A stretch of DNA of 62,718 nt, filler included, from Collodictyon triciliatum (Eukaryota): NCBI GenBank assembly GCA_043381765.1. It is 8 parts of 8 records of this genome, joined end to end, with 100 filler letters (N's around TTAATTAATTAA, not from the genome) between each part and the next. Parts side by side here need not be neighbours in the genome. Positions count along the whole stretch, not along the records: positions 8,144 to 16,252 come from JBHJMP010003587.1; positions 16,353 to 24,456 come from JBHJMP010003588.1; 6 more parts are not named here. One strand, 5' to 3'. Below the pieces are notes generated by a model, which did no database searches, was not told the DNA's origin, and worked only from the letters and a program-made list of their open reading frames with translations. This document shows, piece after piece, positions 9,216-23,329 of the stretch (position 1 is the stretch's first letter; every line of letters begins with the position of its first letter). Made by a program: the position numbers and the translations under genes.

Positions 9216-12200
9216 CTTTACATATATCTGACATAAACTGGATTTGCTGTTTATAAGGAATGCTTCTACTTTCGTCATGCAAAACACTAAAGAGTGAACC
9301 GTTCTTCATAAATTCACAAATTAGACTGATATAATCAGCATCAAAGCAGGCTCCCATGTACAACACAATATGCGGATGTCGAAGTTCTCTAAAATGTTCA
9401 GAATAGAGCATGATTTTATTTTTTTTTAAAAAAAACGCATAGACACACAACCATAATATTGGTGAGTTCACCAATTAATCAAATATAATAAGGTATCTGA
9501 ATATCCAGCATATAACTTACATCATGACTGAAATTTCGTTCTTAAAGGCTTCCATGGATTCTTTGTTCACCATGCTCCCAGAGATTTTTTTAATGGCCAC
9601 TGTAATTCCTCGGTACTCTCCTTTATATACCTTAGGAATGCATTAATAAATTAGGTTCGCACACAGCATATTCACGAATTTTTTTTTTTTTTAGTTTTAT
9701 TCTGAAAACAGTAGCCAGGGGAGTAGTGGTTTTTCTTTTCTTCACCTCTCCATAACCTCCTCTTCCGATTAGGTCATCAAAGACGAGTTCATCAACATTG
9801 ATGACACCAATAAGTCTATTTTTTGTACTGTTCAAATCTGATATGATTTTTTTGCGATACCAGTATCCAACTACCGCTGCTAAGAGAGTAAAACCACCCA
9901 AAGTTGCTCCGATTACTATCCAAATCCGGTTCACTTCTTTCTTATCTACAAAAGTAAAATATCAGCATTATGCACGATACTCACTTGAGAAATTTAGCTG
10001 CTTACCTAGAAAACAAGCGCTACCGCTCTAAATGAGATTTGATATCATAGTCAGTACATAATTACAAAAGACAAGCAGTCTATCATAGCTTGAAGCACTT
10101 CAATAAATATTTCTGTTTACGAATCAGAATAATGTGGAATGGTACTTCATCAAATATGTATCCCTCAAAGCATTCGCATTTTAAAGATTCCTCATTAAAG
10201 TCTGACTTTTCAGGGCAGCCTGCAATCGTAGATAATAAAGTCTAAAATATTTCCAGAAAAAAATAACAATCTTATAAGCTCATAGAAAATAGCGCTGACC
10301 TATATGAGTTGCACGAAATCCTTCACATCCCGTACAAGGTTGGCTAGTCTTCGAATTACCGGCAGCGATAAATCGAATCACAAATCCAGTGTTCGATTTG
10401 AATGATTTTTTCTGATACATATCTGCACCACGCAGAACGATTGTTTGTTGCGAGGCTAATCCAGACTGAATCAATTCGACCACAATCCTAAGAGAAAGAG
10501 AAAAAAATTATCAATTAAAGTGCTTCGTCAATACGCGGAGTAAATCTAAATTTTGATATGCTATTGAACGGAATACATGTCGGTGCTTCTCATGTTGGGC
10601 TCCAGGATGATGTGAGTCGCATTTGGCAATATCCAAGTACAATTACTATTTTCAAAGTACATTCCCTCGCCACTTCCGTCATCAAAAGTCTGATAACTTA
10701 ACCCGCTAGTAAGTATTTCACTACGAATTGGCGAGCAGAATCCTTTGGAGCGGGGTGAATCATGTTAGTGATAGCTCTACAATTTTGGTCATTTTCAATT
10801 CAAATTTACGGTTCAACATAATTATATGAACATAATTTCATTAATAATTTTTATAGTGAACCTGGTTTGTAGGCTACCACTTGATTCGTTGTAGAATAGC
10901 CATTCGAGCCACCAAAGCTAACCATCGCCCCGTTGAAGACATCTCCTGAATTGCTGGATATTCCTCGGTAACCTTTGATGACATTTGAGACATATCCCTT
11001 GGTTTGTTTTTCAAACTCTATGTATAATAAAAAAAAAATCATTAATCTCATTTTCTTTGAATCGAATAGTAAAAAAAAAAATCATCATTGTCATCATCAT
11101 CATTTAACTCTTTTTTTCTCGAATAGGATTAGCAATAAACGATATAATCAAAGGGTTACAATAGGAAATTTGAGTCAAAATTATGTTTTATTTTTGGTTA
11201 ATGGTCTGCATTACCGTGTTGAAGAATCCAATAGAGTCCCTCTCCATTTTCATCTTTGCCATTCAATATAGTACTCCCTTTAGTCGTTGCACAGACATGA
11301 TTTGATAGAGAGGGACTTTTTGTGTATGAATTGTATTCAATTTTCTTCCATAATTTGCTGTCTAAATTTTGGAGTTCACGAAAAGAAAAATCAGACAAGG
11401 AGAACCAACAGCTGCTTTTTTTTTAACACATTAAATAATCAATGGTTTCAAAATAGTGCGCCGCGCCAGACCCAGATTATAAATCCAATGGTCGTTCATC
11501 TTAGCCCCGTTCATGTCAAGTCCGCCATACATCGTTATATTTCTCTTGTCCAATGAACATAGTGTATGGTATGTTCTTCGAGGCTGGATATTTATTCCAT
11601 GTTTTCAGTTACCCGACGACTTATGTATAAATAGAAGTTTAACAGAGATATGAACAAAATTCTTACAGGTGTATCTATGGACATTAGCTCTGAAAATATT
11701 TTGTTATCATCAAAATCTAAACCGACTGTTGCAGAGTAAAACTCTGTTCTTTTTGACCCCGGAGGAATCTGAGTGATATGTATGTCAATAAAGGGTACAA
11801 AGCCTAATATATCTGCTCAATCTACCTGGCCACCCCACATCCAAACTGTATTTTCAATATTAGTTGAGGCCAACCCGTAGCGACTAAGAGGTCTTTGAAA
11901 CATCGATAACCGGTTGTCCAACTGCTTTTTACTCCAAGTTTTAAAGCCTTTTGAATTCACACAAAGTGTCTTAGAATCAGAAAGGAGTGCAATTTTTTTT
12001 TTTTTTTGTACGTATGTGGCAGTAACAAACTGTTATGAAATTATGAACCTGTAAGCCATATGGTATACTTTTCCAATTTACAAATATACCTGTATTAAAT
12101 ATCCAAATATTGTCATCAAAAACGCCAATTTCAGTTCTTCCGCCACTGATATAGATATCAGAGGAGATGACAGACACAGCAGACTCTGCTCTGGGTGATG

Positions 12201-13545
12201 GACCAACCGTGGAAGAGCCCATGAAAAGATTTTCCCATCGTCTTGCTCCTAAGAGTACAGGCAATATCATTAAATGAGTGAATGCAGGCTTCATGATTAT
12301 ATAGGGAACTTAGTACGTAAAGATAAAAAAAAACTTACGTAAATCAAACACCCAGATGTCGTTCATCAGCACTTCGCTAACATACTGAGTCGAACCTCCA
12401 AATACGACGAATGATTCTTCATTTACCTTACAGAAACCAACTTCTTTCCTGTTGATTGGCTCCCTAATGATTGAAGTATCAACCCAGGTTCGCAGCTCTA
12501 TTAAATCAAAATTCTTGAGTAATAGTCTCAATTTGGCTTCAAATGTTCATGATTGGGTTTCCAATAGCTTCTTACGATTGTCCCAGACCCAAACGTCGTT
12601 GACAGCGTTCTTTTGAGAGGAAGCACCACCAATCATGACAAATCGCGAGTCGTAAGTCAAGTATGCTGAGCCAAACTTGGGTGGTGGATATAGAAGAGGA
12701 AGTTCTGGAGAAAAGAGTCCGTAGTTTTCGCGATAAACCACTTCAAGGGAGTCTATATTTGTTTTTGTTTTTTTTTATTTGTTATTTAAAGTCATTACAA
12801 GAGATCTGCAGGTTTATTATCGAGAATATGTTTATAAATATGGTTAGAAGGATAATTCACCTAGATTGACAATAATAATATCGTTCAACACTTCGCCCTT
12901 GCGTATTCCCCCGAAAATATAAAGCTCATTCCCATACTTTGAGCATGAAAATTGTTGCCTTCCAAACAAGCATATCCAACCTTCCTCGTCGCATTGAATA
13001 CATTCATCTGATTTTACCACAGTCTGGGATATTGGCCGAAATTCTGGTGTGGAGTGGTTTAGATACGATACTGTTAATAAATACTTTGGGCTGCAATAAA
13101 AAAGTATAAAAAAAACCTTTGTCAAGTAGGATGATATCTTCGGATTCTCCTTCTTCATCGATGCCACCAAAGATGAGGTTCTTGTTGGATGAGAATATTG
13201 CAGAGCCATATGCACGCGCGTAATTAGTTGTCCAAGTCATTTGAATAGATTCCCATTTGTCTAAATCTAAATCGCATAGTTAAACGCGAATCAACACATA
13301 TTGTTTCTATGAATGTATTGTCCCATCCAGTCATGTACATAAAGAAAATAAGATATGGTTGAAGTCTTGATTTTCGACTTTCTTAAGAAAAAGAAAAAAT
13401 AGAGAAGTAACAATGCCTGGGTAGTAAACAAATGATGTTGCTCGCAATTCACTTTTTTCCTGTTTAAAATGAAACAGAGATATGCATGGTAAAAAAAATA
13501 AAATACTGGACATGTAGCAGGATGATATACCTAATAATAATAATG

Positions 13546-13578
<33 letters not shown>

Positions 13579-16252
13579 GTAAAATTTCTTGAAGAAATTA
13601 CGTCTTTCCCTCCATACACAAAGATAGTGTCGCTATTTCTCTGACACTGGGCCCCAATAAGGGTTCTGGGTAAATTTGATTTTTTCGCCCAATTTCTAGT
13701 TGACGCATGAAAGAAATAAGTGGACTCATCAGGTGTGCCAACCTTTCCACCAATCAAGACGGCATATGAATCCATCGAAATCAAGCAACTGTGCACCCTT
13801 TTTGAGGGAACAGTCCCACTAACTTTTGCCAACTTCCATGTCGGATTGACTTCATGGGAGAAACAGACATTTTTAGAATTAAGGTATGTGCAATTAGGCA
13901 CCACTTTCGAATTTGGATCTGATGAACTGTACCTGGGGATTCTGCGTAGTAAACCTCATCCATGGAATAAAAGCGTTCATAATGGTCAGTGTCTGGTGAA
14001 GAGCTACCACCAATCACGAATATTTTCCCTTGAATTACGGCTGCTGTTCCATAAACAATCGGAGGCAGCCCATTACTGAGCTCAACTGCTTCGGTCTCCA
14101 CAACATGCTGTAACAAATCTATTGCATATTTGATATTAGTTGGTTCTACAATTTATTTCGCCTCATATGAAATGTGCACAGGGTATGAGAACCTCGGAAT
14201 GGAGTTTCTGGCGAAGGTGCATCTTGTTGGCACTTCAATTACATATGGTAGTACACATCAAAACATAAATTATTAAAATGAGTTGTTTTTTCTCATGGGA
14301 ATTACGATGCTAGTATAAAAGAACCCAGTTGAGCTTACCTCATCCCCAGATGAAGTATATAGGCCATTTATGCAAGGGACACATTCGCCGCGAAAGTTAA
14401 TATAATTTCCCTTCTTACACGTGCACCCACTCAAATCAGCTGAAAAGCCCAAATTACAGTCTGATAGAAATAATTGGATTAGTTTAATTTAACCACTAGA
14501 ACCATTGAGTATCTCGATAGTGTTTAAGGTCACGAACTGAATAGGAGGATAGAAAATCCAATGTTGGTCGCCGCGTCTTCCTCGACTCTGAAGGACAGCT
14601 GGATGTCTCTCGATATTGCTTCTACTACATCACCTTGCTTCATGTTGAAGAACGAGAGCTATCATGCAATATTGTCAGAGGAGAACATAGACGACAAGTA
14701 TTTATGTGTGTAGATACATCTTACGGCACCATTGTATCGGTTAAATAAAAACATTTTTATGGACGCGGTTCTTGTAGTTAAATCCAAGCCCACACTCGTC
14801 ACTTGGAGATAAATTCAATACTGCACCATCTGAGAGATCCACGTACTCAACCTGTTTCATGTATTCAATGAATTACGAGCGAATATATCGCATGAAATAG
14901 CTATAAATTTCTTTAATACTCAACTTTAAGAATATATAAGTATCCTATATTTCTTAGAATCGAATAGAGTAAAAAAAAGAAAAAAGGATCAGATACATTT
15001 ACTTACGACTATAAAATTTGCTCTCGTAATAATCCATTTGCAATTCGTCCCAGGAAAGTAAAGGAATTCCCCACTCCCATCAGTTATTCTGCCGCTGTCA
15101 CTTGCAAAGTAATCCACTCCGGAACACCATAATTTTCCTTTTTTATATAGTAATTATATAGGAATGTTCTTTATTAATTTGGATCATTTTTAATATATTT
15201 TCGTTTCTTTGAATCGATTAAACGGGAAAATATTGTCGTTTGAATGCATCAAAACAATATAAAATCGTCTTACTCAAGTCTAGTGTATACAGCCCATTTG
15301 TAGAAAGCCCAGGATTTATGCTGCCCCCGAATAAGAACATTATGTTGGATATTGTTATCATCGATGACCTCACCCTTCCAGGAGGGGCTTGTTCGATGGA
15401 CGGTAGCTCTGCCCAGTATGCAGATTTTACTAGGGAAAAACTGGATTAGTATCACCCTTCCAAGTTCCAAAAGAAATGCATAAAGATTACTGAAAATTTT
15501 GGAGATCTTCTGGAACTTTGAAATTTTTTTTGTTGTATACTTACGATTTCCCATCCACGTATCGGAGGATAATGTCCATTGGTTGAATCCCCCAAAAGCC
15601 ATTAGGTTTGATAAATGAACAGCTACAAAGCCGACTGAAATGCCCGGTGGATAAGTTGCAACTTTCTTCCATTTGTTAATATCTGCGGAGTGAAATGAGC
15701 CCTTTTATTTATTATATAATTTGAATATACATATTATATATTTATACATTAAAATATAATTTAAAAAAATCAAAATTGGTCCCAAAAATGATACCTTCAT
15801 TCCAACACCAAATTTCACGAAAAGCTCCGGGTAAATCGTAAATGTTGACGTCCAAGAAGCAAAACTGCTTGTTGATAACAATACCATCAGCCGATAGTCG
15901 AATCGCCGGTCCGTCGTCAGAATTTGGAATCGTAATACCAAACCCCTCGTCAAAATGATAAACATATATATTGGATGGGGGAACTGTCCCGTTGACATGC
16001 ATTCCACCCCACATGAAAAGCTTGTCTCCAATGATTGCGCTTGCAGATAGATAACGAACCCCAAGATCCATCCAAAAGGTATCAGAAGTATTCATATTGG
16101 ACCAATTCATGTATGCTAAAATTTAATTGAGTGAGTAATTGTTTTATCACATTCTCAAACGATAATTTGATGTTCTACTGAGATGGAGCCATTAGTTTGA
16201 GTTATGATACTATTTCCGAATATTGCAGTTTCATGATAGATTCGGGATATAG
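9216..16252 (-). CDS. Multi-exon receptor-like TKL kinase: many Kelch repeats + 2 CUB domains + EGF-like unit + TM + N-lobe of kinase (5' partial; kinase C-lobe absent)
   Basis: Kelch GG motifs (LFMWGG, AVLIGG, LYIFGG, FVMIGG, FVVFGG, IYISGG). CUB starts CSGVDYFASDSGRITDGSGEFLYFPGTNCKWII (~15010-15125) and FDDGSGEGMYFENSNCTWIL (~10620-10740). CPEKSDFNEESLKCECFEGY. TM IWIVIGATLGGFTLLAAVVGYWY. Kinase IGRGGYGEV, VAIKK, LRHPHIVLYMGAC, ICEFMKNGSL, ending at SDICKG|gt (9216). Confidence 0.85.
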
Positions 16253-16352
16253 NNNNNNNNNNNNNNNNNNNNNNNNNNNNNNNNNNNNNNNNNNNNTTAA
16301 TTAATTAANNNNNNNNNNNNNNNNNNNNNNNNNNNNNNNNNNNNNNNNNNNN

Positions 16353-16480
16353 AGAAAGAGAAAGAGAAAGAGAAAGAGAAAGAGAAAGAGAAAGAGAAAG
16401 AGAAAGAGAAAGAGAAAGAGAAAGAGAAAGAGAAAGAGAAAGAGAAAGAGAAAGAGAAAGAGAAAGAGAAAGAGAAAGAG
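16353..16480. repeat. (AGAAAG)n microsatellite
   Basis: Direct inspection. Confidence 0.97.
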
Positions 16481-17426
16481 TAAAGAAAAGAAAAAAGGCT
16501 GGTCTTCGAACCTCGCTTTCGTCGCTTTCGTCATCATCGCTCTGCAATACAAGACTCTGCGTGGGCCTCGCCATTAACCCGGAAACTACACGAACGGTTT
16601 GTTAGTCCACTAAGCGCAAGGCCTGCAGCTGAAAAAGGCTCCGTTTCTGCAAAGGCAGCCAAACGCACAAGCATGTCTATGCAACCGGTCGAATTGAATA
16701 CGTTTGGATATGCTTCGGCAAACAAATCCACAACGCGCGAGTCTGCAGCGATCCTTCGCTGCGTGTGATTCGAAACCATANNNNNNNNNNNNNNNNNNNN
16801 NNNNNNNNNNNNNNNNNNNNNNNNNNNNNNNNNNNNNNNNNNNNNNNNNNNNNNNNNNNNNNNNNNNNNNNNNNNNNNNNNNNNNNNNNNNNNNNNNNNN
16901 NNNNNNNNNNNNNNNNNNNNNNNNNNNNNNNNNNNNNNNNNNNNNNNNNNNNNNNNNNNNNNNNNNNNNNNNNNNNNNNNNNNNNNNNNNNNNNNNNNNN
17001 NNNNNNNNNNNNNNNNNNNNNNNNNNNNNNNNNNNNNNNNNNNNNNNNNNNNNNNNNNNNNNNNNNNNNNNNNNNNNNNNNNNNNNNNNNNNNNNNNNNN
17101 NNNNNNNNNNNNNNNNNNNNNNNNNNNNNNNNNNNNNNNNNNNNNNNNNNNNNNNNNNNNNNNNNNNNNNNNNNNNNNNNNNNNNNNNNNNNNNNNNNNN
17201 NNNNNNNNNNNNNNNNNNNNNNNNNNNNNNNNNNNNNNNNNNNNNNNNNNNNNNNNNNNNNNNNNNNNNNNNNNNNNNNNNNNNNNNNNNNNNNNNNNNN
17301 NNNNNNNNNNNNNNNNNNNNNNNNNNNNNNNNNNNNNNNNNNNNNNNNNNNNNNNNNNNNNCACGTGACCGTGTCGTGTATTATAATTGCACGACGACAT
17401 GCATATATATGCAATGGAAATTACAA

Positions 17427-20400
17427 TTAAAAAAGAGAGAGGAGAGAAAGTTGCCCAGAAAATACGAATTCTATTTCGAGATATCTAATTTCGCACCAAT
17501 AAGACACATGAGACCCAGGGAGTTGGATGTACTCGTGCAAGTTTTCAAGACTAAGCTCCTGAAGCATAAAGTCAAAGCGTGGTAATGTAGGAACATCTTC
17601 AGCCTTGGCCACGGCTGAGGAGTTGTCTTTGATGAATTTGCGTATTCTGTGATAGTCTGAAACGCAACCATCCAACGCTGGAATATACTCCTGGTCGTTG
17701 AAGGTGGGCTGAGTCACAGCCTCTGTTCTTTCGGGAAAGACAGAAGATGATTCAGGCATTTGCTGAGATGACTGGATGGCCTCTACATCAAACGCAGGCT
17801 CCGTCTGTGTTGGAGGCGCAAGCAACTGTTCGTGGGAGCTTTCGTCGGAATCAGATACATCTGACCTGCTCGACGATGTTTCGATTCCACAGGATTCGTC
17901 AGTAGATAACACAGCCAATCCGAGTCGACTTTGTTGGTTTGGAATTTCTATACTCGGAGAACTTGCTGTTGCTATAGCTATGGAACCAATGTCTTTAATA
18001 GATTCTTGAGGCTGCTTCCTGGGCGAAACAGAGAGCGATTTTCTTCGAAGTTCCAGCGGGAAAAAAGGAGATTTTGTCCGCTTTGAGTCACCTGATGAGT
18101 TTGCCAAAGATGCTTCATGCTCGGGAAATTCAGGCAAACTTGATGTAGAGGAAGGCTGGGCATGATGGGCTAAACTAGGCGAGAACATATGCTTGGAATC
18201 ATCATCAAATTAGAAAAAAAAAACTTCAGTAAATTCATGCAAAAATAATACTTGGTAGGAAAAAAACTTGTTATTATGAAAGAGGTGAAATAATGTGTGG
18301 ATAAGTGGATAAATCAGGAAATATATACTATAATATTAATGCAATCTTTTAGATATTTTATGGTATTTTAAAATGTTTTATGACATTTTAATTCATGGGT
18401 TCGAGTGAGAAAAATTCTTTTTTAAAAAAACCTGAAATCGCGGAGAATCAGGAAAACTGAAGGAAAATCGAGCTCCTCGGCTGCTGGAGGGGTCAGGAGA
18501 ACTTGATTGCGGTGGTTCATCTTCGGCACCAACCTGCCCAACTCTCCCAGAGGAAAATGACTGTCGTGCAGCAGATATTCTTTCGAGAGTTCTGGATTTC
18601 CGGTCGATAACAGCCTGGACTATTTGCTCTTTGGACTCGAGAAGTTGATCTATTTTCTGCTTCGTAAGATCTATCCATTGGGAATACAAGTGTCAGTGAC
18701 CCATGACTAATAAAATTTGAAAAAAAAGTCGATGATAAGATGCTTTCTATATTTCCTTTTTCTTTTAAAATAAGAAAATATATTATAAGCCGACTATACT
18801 ATGAAAATAAAAATACGCACACACTTTGGCTACTTTTAAACTTCCATGAACACAGGGACAGATGAAATATTACAAAAAGGAATAACCTCGAATCTCCTGA
18901 ATATTTTCCGATACTTTCTGTTTGATTTCTTCCTTTTTGTTCATGAATCCTTCGGATATTTCCATGATTTTGCGTAGTGTCTCTGGATAATGAGTAACTG
19001 GTTTTGGGCTTAATCTTGAGTACGATTCGTCGAGCCAGGGTTCGAACCTATGTTATCATTAAACCCTTGAGAGAAAGAGAGAAAAAAAGGGCTCTAGCCA
19101 ATTAATACATATGGTATGGCCCTATTCCTGGGTAGAAAAGGTGAAAAAGGAAGCCAGAGAAATACTTACCGATAGGCGATGGGGTCACCAATATTGAATA
19201 TATTAAAGAAATATTTTACACTTGGCAATGGCACCTACGAATATTCAAAGTAAACATGTATCAGCAAATATAGCCAGATCTATGTCCTTTTTCATGGAAA
19301 AATAACTCGTAAAGATAATATTTTCCCAAAGATGGAATCTTCGAAACAAACATCTCCAGTTTTTTCATAGTAAAGGCTCATATAAATTCCAATAGGGGAG
19401 CCTATGACAAAAAGAGTGTTCACTGTGAACTTTAATGGAGGAAATGTCATTCGGTTTCTAGTTGGGATATCCAGCACAACAGGGGTTCCATCTTCACTCT
19501 GTCAAGGACGTGAGCATTTTAAAAAAATTGAAAGGAAGTTTTGTGCAAATTCGAAACGGTAAAGCTTGGTTTCATATCCAAAGGGAAAGTATAATCACCA
19601 TGACAAGTCAAAGAAAAAAAAAAGGAATAAGCTTTTCCCATGAAACGCACAATTGGCATCAAAGAAACAACTGACCTGATGAGTAAGAATGTCAAAACAG
19701 GCAACGCTACCCAAGCTGTGTGCGATAATAGATGTCTAGGGGAAAAAAAGTTACTCTCAAGATTCCCCGAAGTAGACGGTATGCAAGGAATTTTATAACG
19801 TGTAGCTATAATGGAATTTTCTCGCTTTGGTTGGAAGTAAACAAACCTTTCCGTTGAATTTATCACCAACAGGATTAGCTTCGATAAATTCGTTGTATTT
19901 ACAATTTAGGCGATTTGTTATCTGTGAATTAGTAACGTTACCGGTTTGCTGATAACGATGTAAAAAAAAAAAGATTTCTTTAATCTCCATAACAAATTGC
20001 TAACAGGATTATTTACTCCAAAAATGTAAATACCTCCATCAAGATTTTTGGACCATACTTTGCGCTTAGATAGGTAAAGCAGTCACCCAATGTATCATTA
20101 ATGATAAGCCTCAACTTTCTAGTTGTTTCCAAAGTCACTGGGTTTACTATTCTAAAATTTGAAAGAGAGATGGATATGTAGGTGTGTTGAAATATTGCTT
20201 TTGGTACTTTTACTTGGCTATATTTATAGTTTGCAAAATAAGTCTTATCTGTAGCTTGATTTTTAATTAATGTGCTCATTTGAACAAAAGTAAGATGTGA
20301 GAATGATGGATTGAATGAAATATGTTTACTTGTCCCATCCGAGCTGCTCATGGACATATGAATGCCATTCGACGACTACAAACTCGATATTCAAGGTTTT

Positions 20401-21713
20401 CCCAGGATGATTGGCTCGTAAGGTGGACCGGATGGTTTTCTTGAGCATTTCGACTTTTGTGGTGTTGTAGCAAAAAAAAAAAAAAAAACTTGTCAAATAA
20501 CTAATTAACTGATTAACTAGTACTATAACTATGATTATGAATGGGAAAAGTAAAGCATATAAAAATTCTAGGGAAATTGTATAAGTGTTCCATCCTCAAA
20601 TTATTGAAATGAAACGAAAAAAATGGAATAAAATAAGGTTGCCACGCAATAGTGCAAGTCACGATAATGCAACGAGACAACTAACCTGACTCATGTATAG
20701 TGGCTCCCAGTGAATTTTCTCCTTCCATTGTACCGACTCCATGAACAACAAAGACCAAGTGGTCGATGTATGTATCTGGGGCTGTCTCTGCTTGTCTGAA
20801 AGGAAACTGCGGACGAGGAACTCGCGGAATTCGAAAACTTGATGAAAATTGGCCCAAGGCTGAGTCGCTAGGAATCTCCAGGCCCTGCTGATCTACAGGT
20901 GACTGTGCTTCTATGTCCAACTGCTTCATATCAGACATTCTGGAATTATGTGCCTCATTTGCTTGAGTTTCTCTGGTAAAGGGTAATCTATATCTTCGGG
21001 CAGGCTGCTCAGCTTCTTGATGCATGCTGAAATGCTCTTGATTGGTTGCAATATAATTCTGGCCGATTTCAGATGTAGTTGCTTGTAAATTGAGCGGGCG
21101 TGATGGCTCTATCCCAGACGCAGCAATAGACGGGCGAAAGCATGAGAATATACTCATGCAGCTGGATGGTGAGACTAGAAGAATGAAAGCGTATTGGTAT
21201 TAATTCCATTTGGCTTTATGAATACTATGGTGATGACGGCGAGGATGGTGAGGATGAATGGAATATAATATAAAAATCACAAGTTCAACTTGGTGAGCAC
21301 TGATAAAAAAAAAAGTAGAAAAAAAGGAACCAAATTACACGAACAAATACGATACGCCATGAGAACAAGAGAAGAAAAAGAAGAAAAACAAAGTCACCTC
21401 GTGGACTTTGCTCGAAAGCAGTCGCAGCAAAAGTAGCAGCAGCATCCTCAACTCTCTCAGTATCTGCGTTCACTCGAGCGCTTTCGTGTTGCAAAGACGA
21501 CTGTGGATTCGCAAGCGGCGTTGGATCGTTTGTGTAGCCGGACCCAAGAAGCGACGGGAACAGCATCATGGAGGAAAGCAGCGCCCCGGCAAGATTGTAC
21601 CGCCGCGTGAAAAAGTCTGAGAACTGCGCTTCTGTGGCATCCGCATCGACCGGACCTGGTGGAACTGTTTTCCGAGGCGGCTGCTCAGTCTGTGACTCCG
21701 CAACAGAGTTCAT
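17427..21713 (-). CDS. DDHD-domain intracellular phospholipase A1 (PA-PLA1 / DDHD1-2 / SEC23IP-like), multi-exon; last exon probably in the N gap
   Basis: DHLVFVVHGVG; LRLIINDTLGDCFTY; lipase motif IIAHSLGSVACFDIL (~19680-19735); FVIGSPIG; FFNIFNIGDPIAYRFEPW; RFDFMLQE...SHVSYW. Confidence 0.88.
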
Positions 21714-22522
21714 CCGTGGGCCGTTGTCTGGCAGAAAAGTTGCTGCACTGGAGAAACTCCCTGTGGTGGGAAGCTGTGTTTCGGTCTTGGTTTGTGTGGG
21801 AGAAGACTTGTGTTGTTTTCACGTGGTGAATCGAGAGAAAGTGCGGCGCGCTTTTGTCCAAAAAAAAGTGTCAAAAAAAAAGAATGAAAGGAGGAAAGGA
21901 AAAGATAGAGGAAGAAAAAAAACAAAGGAGGAAAGGAAAAGGATAACAATCGTGATATTCGCGCAGAATCCGNNNNNNNNNNNNNNNNNNNNNNNNNNNN
22001 NNNNNNNNNNNNNNNNNNNNNNNNNNNNNNNNNNNNNNNNNNNNNNNNNNNNNNNNNNNNNNNNNNNNNNNNNNNNNNNNNNNNNNNNNNNNNNNNNNNN
22101 NNNNNNNNNNNNNNNNNNNNNNNNNNNNNNNNNNNNNNNNNNNNNNNNNNNNNNNNNNNNNNNNNNNNNNNNNNNNNNNNNNNNNNNNNNNNNNNNNNNN
22201 NNNNNNNNNNNNNNNNNNNNNNNNNNNNNNNNNNNNNNNNNNNNNNNNNNNNNNNNNNNNNNNNNNNNNNNNNNNNNNNNNNNNNNNNNNNNNNNNNNNN
22301 NNNNNNNNNNNNNNNNNNNNNNNNNNNNNNNNNNNNNNNNNNNNNNNNNNNNNNNNNNNNNNNNNNNNNNNNNCGGCCGAAACACTTACAAAAGGCTCGA
22401 AATCTGATCACAACCCGAATCGCAGACGGCCTTAAAAGAAGACGGCGCCAGAGAGAGAAACAAAGCGGAAAGACAGCACGCGAGAGGATTCGAGAAGAGA
22501 AGACAGCGCACACACAGTTCAG

Positions 22523-23329
22523 ATGCCAAAGATCAAGACTTCAAAGACAAAGTATCCGAAAGGATGGGAGCTGATTGAGCCCACACTCACAGACATTCAG
22601 AGGAAGATGAGAGAAGGTCGGGAACAAACTCTTTTCTCTTTTTTCTCTTTTTTTCTCTTTTTTTCTCTTTTTTTCTCTCTTTTTCTCTCTTTTTCTCTTT
22701 TTCTCTTTTTCTCATTTTCTCTTTTCAAGAAAGGATTACATACTTGCTTCCAACAACAACCATATTTTGTATCATGTTCACACAGCCGAGAATGACCCAC
22801 ACGAGGGAAAAAGAAAAGTGGAAACCCTGTGGCCGATCATCCGTCTGCATCACCAACGCTCCAGATACATCTTCGACTTGTACGAGAACGGCAGCATCTC
22901 CCGCGAGCTCTACGACTTTTGCCTCCGCGAGAAATACGCTGACGAGAAGCTGATTGCCAAGTGGAAGAAGGTATGAATCGCGTCCGACAGAATTTTTTCA
23001 TATTCAAAGTCGTATTATTATTATTATCATTATTATCATTGTTATCATTATTATTATTATCATCATCATCGTCATCATTTGTATCTATTATACACATGAT
23101 TGTTTCTGATTGTGCAAAAAACCACATATGTTGGATTCCATCTCATCCCCAAAACCAAACCTCGATGCAGCCCGGCTTTGAGCGGCTGTGCTGCGTCAGC
23201 TGCATCCAAGCAAAGGACCACAACTTTGGAACCGCGTGCATCTGCCGCGTCCCAAAGTCTGACTTGGAAGCCGGCCGCGCTGTTGAGTGCGTAAAGTGTG
23301 GATGCCGCGGATGCGCCACGACCGATTAA
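22523..23329 (+). CDS. BUD31: BUD31/G10 splicing factor; exons 22523-22616, 22786-22970, 23171-23329
   Basis: MPKIKT...[11 protein letters not shown]...[22 protein letters not shown]...[12 protein letters not shown]...[15 protein letters not shown]...CICRVP...[15 protein letters not shown] junctions are in frame. Confidence 0.97.

Noticed and set aside
16534-17585. Long ORFs spanning N runs (also 21568-22513)
   Set aside because: Their length is an artefact of the gaps, and no domain is recognisable in the flanking residues.
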